64,000 nucleotides of DNA from Histomonas meleagridis 2922-C6/04-290x. Its lineage: Eukaryota; Protista; Parabasalia. Positions 21,400 to 31,705 of the stretch are shown here, one piece after another. Position numbers and translations under genes: made by a program. How positions within the stretch are numbered: the stretch's first letter is position 1; every line of letters begins with the position of its first letter. The notes beneath the pieces were generated by a model. The model was not told the DNA's origin and made no database searches. It saw only the letters and a list, made by a program, of their open reading frames with translations. The DNA lies in contig JAANOX010000248.1 in NCBI GenBank assembly GCA_020184695.1, positions 62,001-126,000 of the forward strand. Reading direction: 5' to 3'.

Positions 21400-22335
21400 T
21401 TATTTTTCTTCTCTTATTCCTTCTAATCCTATTTCTGCTGAAATAACATTGTATGATTTAAATAAGTTTGTCTTTTTCTCAACATTGTTTCCTGTGACCA
21501 TCACAACACCACCCATTCCAGCTCCACTTATCTTGCAAACCAAATTATTTTTCTTACATATTTGGACAATTTCATCTATCTTTGGACAACTTAGATCGAA
21601 ATTTTCAAGAAGGTTTTGAGCAATTGGGAAATATTTGTAGATGAATTCATTCTTTTTTTCTGGTTTTTCCAAATAATATTGTTTCGATATGTTTCCTAAA
21701 GATTCCATCATTGGTTTGTATATCGATTGTTTATCTGAAAGAAGCGATGCAACATGTTTAACAGCTTCTGAGGTTGACCTCGGAATTTGAGTATCGATAA
21801 TTAACAATGGAACTTTGTTAATTGAAAGATGTGAAAATTTCCTATTTTCCATAAAAATTGCGCCACCATAAATAACAGTAGCTGGGTCGAGGCCAGACGC
21901 ATTGTGATGGAAAAAATTTTCTAAAATTTTTGTTTTTTCAAATAAAGATTCTTTAGAAACACTTTGATTTGAAACTCGATTAGAAGCAGCAGCTATCAAA
22001 GAGCAAAATGCAGCTGAACTACCCAAACCTGTTCCAGTAGGAAATTCACCATCAATTGTGATGTTTAAAGTATGATTTTTGGGAAAACCATTCTTAAAGG
22101 CATATCGAAGCATTTTTTCCCTTGCATTAGAACTTGCTGGCGTTTCGTGAAAAGGGTTAAAAGAAAACAATTCGCCTTCATCAAAAATATTGATTTCAGA
22201 TCTTGTTGATTTGATTACTTCACATTTCATATTCATTCTTTTGGAAACAGCTGTTGCAATTGCTGCATAGCCATAGACAACAGCATGTTCTCCAAAAAGA
22301 ATTATTTTGCCTGGTGAAGAGTATTTGAAGAGCAT
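21400..22335 (-). CDS. MVK: Mevalonate kinase (GHMP family)
   Basis: SPGKIILFGEHAVVYG, GTGLGSSAA, ASGLDPAT and KISGAGMGG motifs. Confidence 0.88.
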   Translation of the reverse strand: MLFKYSSPGKIILFGEHAVVYGYAAIATAVSKRMNMKCEVIKSTRSEINIFDEGELFSFNPFHETPASSNAREKMLRYAFKNGFPKNHTLNITIDGEFPTGTGLGSSAAFCSLIAAASNRVSNQSVSKESLFEKTKILENFFHHNASGLDPATVIYGGAIFMENRKFSHLSINKVPLLIIDTQIPRSTSEAVKHVASLLSDKQSIYKPMMESLGNISKQYYLEKPEKKNEFIYKYFPIAQNLLENFDLSCPKIDEIVQICKKNNLVCKISGAGMGGVVMVTGNNVEKKTNLFKSYNVISAEIGLEGIREEK

Positions 22336-22829
22336 TAAAAGGATTCTTTAGATTACACAAAAAGTGAACAATTAGAAAATGTTTCTTTGGTTGAAGAATG
22401 TATGTCTATTCATAATTTTTAATAACTCATGCTACATTTATGATTTTTAACATATATACTTATGTACTAAATGCATATAACAATTCTTTATTTAAAATAT
22501 AATATATTTATATTTAGAATTTCACATTTTCTTCGGTACTTTCTGCCAAATTAATAAAAAAGGGATTGTAACAGTATTACGGAATGCGCTTTTACTATTG
22601 GTATTTTCATGAAACAAGAAATATGTTAAATCAAAAAAACCCCTTTAAAATGACAAGAGGAATTTTTTTGCATTCGATAATTGAGTGTGGGGTTGTTTGC
22701 AATTACGAAGTTTACATTTCGCTTTTCAGATGATTTAACGATGAATGATTTTTTTCGAATATTCGAAAAAGTGTGCAAACATCCTGAAAATTGAATAATT
22801 TTGCCCATAACCATTGTCTTCCCCCATTG

Positions 22830-24749
22830 ACCTTATGTATACAAGTTCTCTGTTTATTATATTATGCAAACATATCCTACATCAGTCGCAAGACTGCTCA
22901 TTTAACTCAAGTTTGGTGAATTTGATATCTGATCGAAGGTTAGGGAATATGGCCAACATTTATTATGATACTAGACTGAACAAAAGTCATATAAATTTGT
23001 TTGAAACAATTTGGATTTAGATATTTCCAATAGTTCTTTTTCAAGTTTTTATAAGATTTCAAAAGGAAATCATACAATACATTATTTTTCTTTATTTAAT
23101 ATCATTATTGCATATTTGTCACCAACCAACAAAAATCCTTTTCTCAACAATATTAACAAACAAATTTCCTCTAATACCAAAATCTGTGGTATTGATTGAT
23201 TATGGTTTTTTTATTGGATGCACAAGCCTTAGTCTTATTTATGTTTCTGATGAGAATGCTAATTATACTGAAAATAATGGAATTATTTACAGCAAAGATT
23301 TTTCATCAATTATTTGTTATCCAGCAGCAATTCCTAATGAAACATATACAATTTAAAATCTAGTAACAGAAGTTTATTATTATTCATTTTATAATTGTTC
23401 TTCTTTAAAAAAGATAACAATTCCGGATTCAGTTACAACAATTAAAGATTATGCATTTTTTTTCTGCTCTAATTTAGATAATGTTATAATTGGAGAAAAT
23501 GTGGAAACAGTGAATTTAGCTGCTTTCCGAAAATGTATTTCATTAGAATATATATTAATTCCAAAATCGGTTTCTTCAATTTCAGCAAGGGCATTCTATG
23601 AATGTTCAAATCTTCAATTTATTGATGTGTCTTCTGAAAATATTTATTATTCTGGAAAAAATGGAATTGTTTATAACAAAGATTATACAGAAATTTCTGT
23701 ATATATCCAAATGGGATTTCAAATGAAATATATGAAATACAAAATTCAGTTACAATAATTGGAAATTATGCGTTTTTCTACTGTTTCTCATTAATAAATA
23801 TCATTATTTCAGATTTAGTAACATTAATCAGCTCTTATGCTTTTCAATATGTATGCTTATATATATAATTTCCACAAAATTTTGTATGCTTATAAATGCG
23901 CTCATATGTTTCAATCGAATTATATCAAAAAACTCGAGTTTTACACAGATTTTCAAAATCGAAATTATTCTTAAAATTTGATGATTTTTGAGTTTTTATG
24001 ATACATTCATAAAGGAAAAAAAATTATGTATTGAATGGATATTGTTTATTCATTGATAACTACATTTTTTCACCCAGAAAACTGGCTTAAAATTGCTCGT
24101 ACGTTTAGCCTTCATTCAATTTTGAGAAGGGCCGATAGATGTCAGAGTGACAGATTTTCACTTCATTTCAGACATTTTCACACCAATCAGACGTTACTAT
24201 ACAAAATATTGTCATTGGAAATAGTGTTTCTTCAATAGGATGTTTTAGTACTAATTCTTCTATATATTCAATGAAATCTGATTTAACATATACGAATTCA
24301 TTAATTTTAGTTCAATCCATTACCCAAACAATTGTTTCAATTTTACAAATAGTATTACTGTTTCAATATTTGGTTCATTATATTCTTATATTGGAACCAT
24401 TTATATTTATTATGAATATTCAATTATTGGCTATTCATCATATATTTCGTATTATACAAGATTTTATTCAATTATTAATAAGAATGAAATGGATGGCAAT
24501 AATGATAACAATAATCTAAATTCGATTGTTATTATTTGCGTTTGTATTGAAATAATTTTAATCATTTCAATGCTTATAGTCTTTTTAATTTGTTGTCACA
24601 ATAAAAAGCAAAGCATTGATGACAGTGTTAAAGAAGAGAATATAGACAATAATAACTGTTCTATCAATAGCTTTTCAAATCTATCTAATATTGAAGAAGA
24701 TCCATTTGCAAAAGATTTTCATGAAAACGAATTTTTCAGTAATATTTAG
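22830..24749 (+). pseudogene. Decayed BspA-like (TpLRR/LRR_5) surface-protein gene with stalk, TM helix and DPFxxDF tail
   Basis: BspA repeats (CSSLKKITIPDSVTTIKDYAFFFCSNL..., VYNKDYTEI) are interrupted by an in-frame TAA (23354-23356), a 2-nt frameshift in a TA run near 23700, non-coding DNA at about 23850-24050 and a frameshift near 24345. The TM helix and tail at 24489-24749 are intact. The 5' limit is approximate. Confidence 0.8.
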
Positions 24750-24954
24750 GCAAAAATAATCAAATTATTTGCAGTATCTTTTATGTAGAATTAAATAAAA
24801 ATTTAGTAAGGAGTATTTTATAAAGTTTTGATTTTAATAAATGGTGAAAATTATTAAACAGGTTATAGTAAAAGTGTCATTCTATGGTTGTTTATCAAAA
24901 AGTGTATTCAATACAAAAAGTTGTCTATCGTTGTGGTTCGATGCATTGAATCGG

Positions 24955-25902
24955 ATGAAAACAAAATCGTTTGCACCAGGACGCGTTTGCCTTCTTGGCG
25001 ATAAATCCGATCTTTTGAACAGGCCTGTCATAGCTGCAGCTATTACTAAATTCTTTCACTTTGAATTCACACCAAGAAATGATTCACTTATCAAATTTAA
25101 TTTTCCTCAAAATAATCTTTATTTCCAACGAGACTTTTATAGCAATGATAAAAAGGATGAATTTTTCAAATTCTTTTCACAAATTGCATGGCGTCTTAAA
25201 GATAAGATTGCTCCTTTTGAATGCACAGTCAAAGGAGATCTTCCTATTGGTTCTGGCCTATCATCTTCTGCAGCATGTTCCATAGGATTTCTCTCAGGAC
25301 TCAACAAGATGTTCAATTTAGGAATGAATCCCCGAAGCATATCCGAATTTGCATATCAAGTTGAACATTTTGACTTTGGAATTATGTGTGGCCGCATGGA
25401 TCAATACAGTATTGGATATGGAGGCGTTACATTTATCGAAACAGGAAATGAGACCAAAGTAACCAAAATTCCAATCAAAGAAATTCCTCTTGTCATAGGA
25501 AACAGCAATGAGCCACGTCAAGCTCAACATGTGCTTAACAAGACGATGGAACTTCTTAACCAAAACGATCCTCATTTTCATGCATGCTTTAATATGATTC
25601 ACGAAAACGTAATGAATGGATATAAGGCACTCATGAGGAATGACTTAGCGGAATTAGGCGCGCGAATGTCCATCCACCAAGGCTTGGAGAGGGCAATGGG
25701 CGCCACGACATCGAAGCTGGATGCGATGTGCGATGCGGCAATAAGCGCTGGCGCACTTGGAGCAAAGCAAATTGGCGCAGGTGGAGGCGGCTGCATGATC
25801 GCTTTGTGCCCAGGTAACATGGATAAGGTAATGGAAGCAATAAGGAAATGTGGTGCAACAGTTTGGAAAGCAAACATTCACCCAAACCGAGTAGTGTGTT
25901 AA
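24955..25902 (+). CDS. GHMP-family sugar kinase (galactokinase/mevalonate-kinase-like, substrate uncertain)
   Basis: APGRVCLLGD, LPIGSGLSSSAA, CGRMDQY and GAGGGG motifs. Likely start is ATG 24955. Confidence 0.85.
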   Translation: MKTKSFAPGRVCLLGDKSDLLNRPVIAAAITKFFHFEFTPRNDSLIKFNFPQNNLYFQRDFYSNDKKDEFFKFFSQIAWRLKDKIAPFECTVKGDLPIGSGLSSSAACSIGFLSGLNKMFNLGMNPRSISEFAYQVEHFDFGIMCGRMDQYSIGYGGVTFIETGNETKVTKIPIKEIPLVIGNSNEPRQAQHVLNKTMELLNQNDPHFHACFNMIHENVMNGYKALMRNDLAELGARMSIHQGLERAMGATTSKLDAMCDAAISAGALGAKQIGAGGGGCMIALCPGNMDKVMEAIRKCGATVWKANIHPNRVVC

Positions 25903-26251
25903 TAAAATTGACATATTGTATCACCTGCTAATTTTTCATTGAAAAACCATTTTTAAGTCTACCAATCAATGCATACGAGTAGCCAGTAGTCTACGCTTAC
26001 GAATTATTCACATTTAATTGGGTAAATGTTCTTCTTCTATGACTTTTCATTTTACAATTGTAAAAGGAATTTCAAATTGACGATAGTTTTTTCTGCGAAA
26101 AACCGTTTCCCATCATTTAATTTGTCTATCGTTTGTCCATGGATTACAGTAATGCAGATATCAAATTGTAAGTATATTTATTCATGAAAAATAATTATAA
26201 TAAACAAAGGTTATAAATTTTCTTCCTCAAAAATCAATGACTTATACACAT

Positions 26252-26953
26252 TTACTTCTCTATTAATTCAACATCTGAGCTAGAGCTCGTTGATAGATCA
26301 ATCTCAGAATCCGATATAAACCCTGGAGAATCTGATTCCTTTTTAGGTGTTGATGGAGGCGTTCTCTGTGGCGCAGGCAGTGGATTAGGTGGTGCTTTAG
26401 GCTGTTCTTGTACTAGCTGGCGCTGTGCATTTGCTCTTTGAGCATATTTTGGATCCAAAATGCGTTGTCTCTGTTCAATCATTTTTGGCGATTCGCCGCC
26501 ATAAACAGTTATCTGTCGATCTGAGAGAAAAAGAACGCCATAGCGTACCTCAATAGGAGGTTCAAGAGAAATTTTAATACCTGGTGCTGATGCAGGATTT
26601 ATTTTTGATATTGGTTCTTTAGATATACCAATAAATTTTATTTGACCATCATTTAGTAAAATTTTAAGAGTACCATTTTTGCTTGTTGTAAACGTTTTTC
26701 TTTCTTCAATATTTAATGAAATATCAGTGATTTCATCAACTTGGATTAAAATTGATTTGTCAAGCATAAACCGTGGTCTCCTTAGATTTGATAATTCTGG
26801 CCTTGGTTTTGATGTTTCACTTATATCTGAATTTAAAAAAAAATTAAAAACTGTATCCACGTTTGGATTCTGTTCCTGAATTATTTTATTAACCCATTCT
26901 TCTTTAGGAAGAGCACCTTTGTTTAGAAGAAAGTCGTAAATATTTTGGAACAT
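26252..26953 (-). CDS. RMI1: RMI1-like OB-fold protein (short form)
   Basis: LIQVDEITDIS, LKILLNDG, PGIKISL..IEVRYGVLFL..VYGG resemble the RMI1/TDRD3 N-terminal OB fold. Confidence 0.7.
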   Translation of the reverse strand: MFQNIYDFLLNKGALPKEEWVNKIIQEQNPNVDTVFNFFLNSDISETSKPRPELSNLRRPRFMLDKSILIQVDEITDISLNIEERKTFTTSKNGTLKILLNDGQIKFIGISKEPISKINPASAPGIKISLEPPIEVRYGVLFLSDRQITVYGGESPKMIEQRQRILDPKYAQRANAQRQLVQEQPKAPPNPLPAPQRTPPSTPKKESDSPGFISDSEIDLSTSSSSDVELIEK

Positions 26954-27420
26954 TTCTGGATAAACCAGAAAAATCTAATCCAATTTTAACCGACCAAATA
27001 ATACCAGAAAAAGTCATCAAGAGACATTCAAAAGTGAAAAAGTATATAAACGTCTTCTACCGCCAATTTTTACTTCCCCGACCAATAACTCAAAACTTAA
27101 AGCAAAAATAAATGTAAAAATAAAGATTTTTGAGCAAATCATTTACAACATGAATCTCAAGCAGAGTTGGAAATGTTGAATCTAACAAAAATATCTTTTT
27201 TGTTTCTTAATCAAGTAATTACTTATCTTGATTTCAAGAAAAAATATTTTATTTCAGTTTTAAAAATATGCTCAGTGAATAACAAAAGTATATTTTACTT
27301 TATAAACAAACATAAAACACAATTTTTTTTGGAGACAACAAAATTTCTTTTTTTGGATAACAATAAAAATAAATTAAAAATTCATTGAGTTAAAATAAGT
27401 TTATTAATAAAATCGCTTTA

Positions 27421-29994
27421 CTATTCTTCATTGGTATGTTTTCCACCTACGACTTTTGCCAACAAATCAATTCCATCAACTTTTGGTTCTGCTGTGAACA
27501 ATTTATTTGATTGGATAAAATTCTCCAAATCATTAAAATACAATGTTTCAATGTTTGAAGACACGTAAACATATAACACAAATGCAATTTCATTTGCCAA
27601 GTTTTCGCTTGATATCAAACGTGGCTTTTCACCAATGAATGGAACTTTAACTTCGTTATCAAATCTTAAAACACTTATTGAATAAAGATCACCAATAACA
27701 AGTGATACCTCAATAACAACTTTAAATTTCTTATATTCTTCATTATCTCGTCTTAGTTCAGACTTTGAATCATTAAATATAATTAGTGCAAAAGAATTTT
27801 TTTTGTCATTCATGAAATCGTCAACATTTTTCTTATCGAAATGATACTTACTAAAGTATACGAATCTAAACAGAGCAGTATCATAAAACGGTACATTATA
27901 AATTGGGACAATTCCATTTTTAGTTTTTGCAGTGATTAAAAAGTTTCCCAGCTTTTTCGTAAACTTGTTAAAACTGTTCGACGGCTTTTTAGCGTCAAAC
28001 AAATTTTTAGATTTTGATTTTACTCTTGTTAATATGATATCGAATTGTTTCTTACCTATATTCAGTTCAAATTCCTTAACTTTTTTAGTTGCCTTTTCAT
28101 CCAATGGGTAAATATTATGTTCATTAGCTTCTGAGAATAAACCTAACGAAGCCAATAAATAAAATGTATCTTTTTTCCTTAAGTTATTTTGATTATATTT
28201 ATATTGATAAAAAGGATTATTTTTACTTGCAGCAAAAGGAGGCTTAACATCTTCTTTGTTGTTATCATCAGAACTTTCAATGTTTTCATTATTATTATTA
28301 TTAGTAATTGGTGATAATTTAAATACTGAAATAGTAAAAAGATTTCGAAATACAAAAACAGCGTTATCATTATCGATGAAATTACTTGAAATTATTGACG
28401 AGTTTAATTGATAAAAATCTTTTTGCCCATTTAAAATATCTTTAATTTCATTGATATTCATTTGATATTGATTCGGCACCGATATCATATTTAACAATAA
28501 CTTCTTATATATGGAATCTCTTTCTAACTTTTGTGCGAATTCATTAATCTTTATCATTATATATGAATCCTTTCGTATCATTTCATTGTTGCCTAAGACT
28601 TCGACAATTGCAAGTGTCAAATAATTCTTTAATTCGTTTGGTATCTTATCAATCAAAGAAGATAACATTGAATCAGTTGTAACGCTTTGATAAAAATGTG
28701 ATGAAAATCCAGTCAAGAGAATTGTTTCGGGAGAAAACTCACTAAGTATTAAGTCTAACATTATCGGATTAAGTGAACCAATTTTCGTGATTAATGTAAT
28801 AAAAAGTTTTGTATATAAATCGGTGCAATTCTTTATCATTTGTGAGTATATCATCTTGAAAAACTCTTTTTTCCCTTCAACTTCAACTGATGTGTTGTTC
28901 ATAACTTCGGCTAAACTACAACATAACAATGCAATGTCTTTCGAAGTGAAATCAATGTCATTCGTTTCATGTACAGCTGTGATACAATCGCCTGCAAATG
29001 ATAATGAAAATGTGGGACGTGAATAAATGATTCGTGAGATATAACGTATGATATTAGTGGTAGAAGCAGGGCGATTCTTATGAAGTTCTTTTCGAATCGA
29101 ACCAGAAAATATTTTTAGCCATTTCGAATTGGTTTCAAGTGACCCAACGCCAAATAAATCAAATATCTCAATATAACGTTCAGGAAGAATATGATCAAGT
29201 GGAAATATGGAACTACCAAACGATGAAAGTAATGAATCAACAGATATTCGAAAATCAAAAATCCCAATATATGAATGAAGAAGTACTCGACAAAGTCCAA
29301 AAAAACAATGGCTTCGAATGTCTTGGGTGAGATCTCGCTTAAGAATACAACTTAATAAAAGATCGGCATGCCTTTTGTTAAAAGGATTATTCTTGGTCCA
29401 AATTCCGGTTTCAAAGAGTTTGTTGGAAACAGACCTTAGAAATAAACCAAAACTAAGAAGGTGACCAACAAAATCTTCCCAACAATGATCAATTGGAAGT
29501 TTAAGAATTAATTTGAGTGAGACTGGATCTTGAATTCCTGAACTTAAAAATGCATAATAAGAAAGTTCATGAAGATCATTTTTGGCTGGACTGGTGTAGT
29601 TGCTGAGAAGTGGAAGCATTTTGATAAGAAAAACCCAAATTTTTTCTTCGAATTTAAATGGTGGTGTATATATAAAATATGCTAGATAATTCGCTAAGCG
29701 TGTAAGTGAAATGTCTTTTCCAGCTTGAAGTTCGGCAACTAGTGCAATTATTGACTTCTGAAAATACTTGTTGAGAAGTGACTCATTTTCTTTGAAGTTA
29801 ATCTTACCTGAAAGCCACATGTTATAAAATGCATTAGTTGGTTCGTCTTCCTGATTTTTTAGTGTATCTTCAAATTCATCGAAAAGTTTTTCAATTTGGT
29901 TGTAATTAGGCAAGCTCTCATCTGGTGGTTTTACTGTGATCGAGTTCAATAATGATAGTGTTTTTGGGACTGGTGTGTGTATTACGTTTGCCAT
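27421..29994 (-). CDS. Hypothetical 857-aa protein; C-terminus may be a degenerate Rap/Ral-GAP-like fold
   Basis: Long ATG-initiated ORF. The family resemblance is weak and by eye only. Confidence 0.55.
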   Translation of the reverse strand: MANVIHTPVPKTLSLLNSITVKPPDESLPNYNQIEKLFDEFEDTLKNQEDEPTNAFYNMWLSGKINFKENESLLNKYFQKSIIALVAELQAGKDISLTRLANYLAYFIYTPPFKFEEKIWVFLIKMLPLLSNYTSPAKNDLHELSYYAFLSSGIQDPVSLKLILKLPIDHCWEDFVGHLLSFGLFLRSVSNKLFETGIWTKNNPFNKRHADLLLSCILKRDLTQDIRSHCFFGLCRVLLHSYIGIFDFRISVDSLLSSFGSSIFPLDHILPERYIEIFDLFGVGSLETNSKWLKIFSGSIRKELHKNRPASTTNIIRYISRIIYSRPTFSLSFAGDCITAVHETNDIDFTSKDIALLCCSLAEVMNNTSVEVEGKKEFFKMIYSQMIKNCTDLYTKLFITLITKIGSLNPIMLDLILSEFSPETILLTGFSSHFYQSVTTDSMLSSLIDKIPNELKNYLTLAIVEVLGNNEMIRKDSYIMIKINEFAQKLERDSIYKKLLLNMISVPNQYQMNINEIKDILNGQKDFYQLNSSIISSNFIDNDNAVFVFRNLFTISVFKLSPITNNNNNENIESSDDNNKEDVKPPFAASKNNPFYQYKYNQNNLRKKDTFYLLASLGLFSEANEHNIYPLDEKATKKVKEFELNIGKKQFDIILTRVKSKSKNLFDAKKPSNSFNKFTKKLGNFLITAKTKNGIVPIYNVPFYDTALFRFVYFSKYHFDKKNVDDFMNDKKNSFALIIFNDSKSELRRDNEEYKKFKVVIEVSLVIGDLYSISVLRFDNEVKVPFIGEKPRLISSENLANEIAFVLYVYVSSNIETLYFNDLENFIQSNKLFTAEPKVDGIDLLAKVVGGKHTNEE

Positions 29995-30499
29995 TGCAAA
30001 CAGATTAATCTTGGCAATAACGGTTTTCCCATTGAATATTTTATTATTTTACTAACTTTATTATCTCACAACCAAATTGAATTCATTCAAAAAATTGGAG
30101 CACCTACAGTTTATGGGGTGTGTAGATGATGCGTTTAGAAAAAAAAATCACACAACAAAAATTTAACCTAAATTAATTTTACAAAAAAAATCTTTCATGA
30201 AAAAACTATATTTATTTATCATTGAATTTAAAGAAATGATGTGTCACCAAACCCTGAGTTTGCTTTTTATAAATTGGGCAAATATTCTGTTTAAACACGT
30301 AAAACATTGCAAAAATTTAAATCCTAAACAAATATTTGATAAGCCAAGGATGAAGAAAAATATTGGGAAATAAAACAGTAGCAGGAATATATTCCATCAA
30401 TAAAAATAACGTACAAATTCTTTAAAAAGAATAAATCCACCAATATCATCAAATAAAAATACCCTTAAAACGATCCCTTTGATGATAATGAGATTTGTT

Positions 30500-30700
30500 C
30501 TCATATTGACGAATCCATACAAGTGATGTATATTTTTTTGAAATATTAAACAAAACATTCAAATATTACCTTTAGCGTTAATATCAAATCCTTTTTGTTC
30601 ACGAAGTAATTTAGCAATTTCTATATTTTATGCATACATAAGTGCTGTTCTAATAAAATAAAATTCAAATAAAATACCAACCCAAAATTATTATTATAAA
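30500..30700 (-). pseudogene. Decayed ankyrin-repeat fragment retaining one 17-nt spacer
   Basis: Minus strand reads RTALMYA*NIEIAKLLREQKGFDINAKGN, then ATTTGAATGTTTTGTTT (17 nt, 30564-30548), AAT, a truncated spacer, and TSL. Confidence 0.7.
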
Positions 30701-31084
30701 TATTAAATATAAAAAATGAGAAAAAAATCATAATATAAAAATTTCTTCAATTCATTAAAAATTATCGAAATATATTTAAATAAAAATGTTACTAAGTGTC
30801 ATCATTAAGTTTAGATATAAAATGAAATATAATATGATAAGTATATATATAACAGGTTTTCGGGCTAATAGCTTTTGAGAAAAGTTTGATTTAATTACGG
30901 ATTATGACAAAAACACAAACTGTCGTTATAAAAAGACGATAAGTATTCAATTAACGTTTTTTCGTTAATGCAAATATTTTATTTTTTGATATGAAAATAT
31001 TTATAAATAGAATTTTAAAGTTTAAACAAATAAAAATATTTATAAAAATTAATATGAATATTCATATTAATATGAATATTAATA

Positions 31085-31501
31085 TTAATTACGTTCTCCT
31101 CGAATTCGTTGTGCAAGTTGAACATCACGTTCCATAATTGTAACACGATTAGCATGAATAGCACAAAGATTCGTATCTTCAAAAAGTCCAACAAGATAAG
31201 CTTCTGATGCTTCTTGAAGTGCTGCAATAGCAGATGATTGAAAACGAAGATCTCCTCTGAAACCTGACGCAATTTCTCGAACAAGACGTTGAAATGGAAG
31301 TTTTCGAATTAAAAGATCTGTACTCTTTTGATATTTCCGAATTTCTCGAAGTGCAACTGTACCTGGTCTAAAACGATGTTGTTTTTTAGCTCCTTGTGAA
31401 TCAACAACTGGTGTTGATTTACGAGCTGCTTTAGCACCGAGTGATTTACGTGGAGTTTTACCACCTGTCGATTTACGAGCTGTTTGTTTTGTACGTGCCA
31501 T
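31085..31501 (-). CDS. H3: Histone H3 (trichomonad-type)
   Basis: [29 protein letters not shown]...QRIRGERN, 138 aa. Inr TCATT at 31512-31508. Confidence 0.98.
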   Translation of the reverse strand: MARTKQTARKSTGGKTPRKSLGAKAARKSTPVVDSQGAKKQHRFRPGTVALREIRKYQKSTDLLIRKLPFQRLVREIASGFRGDLRFQSSAIAALQEASEAYLVGLFEDTNLCAIHANRVTIMERDVQLAQRIRGERN

Positions 31502-31705
31502 TCTAAAAATGAACAAAACATTTCCCCGGCTTTTTTTTGGAATTAATAAATAGAAAAAGTCAAAAATATCAATCAATATTTATTGGAATAAAACGTCATT
31601 AAATTTCTATTACTGACAAATCACAATAAACGATCAGATAATTCAATGAAACCGTCAGACCATAAATTCTACCCGTAGACAAAAGGAAAATTTACAGCCG
31701 AAAAA

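Noticed and set aside
23850-24030. MITE inside the BspA pseudogene (palindrome AAAACTCGAGTTTT, imperfect inverted repeats, 12-bp direct repeat)
   Set aside because: The repeats are short and AT-rich, and boundaries cannot be defined without a genome search.
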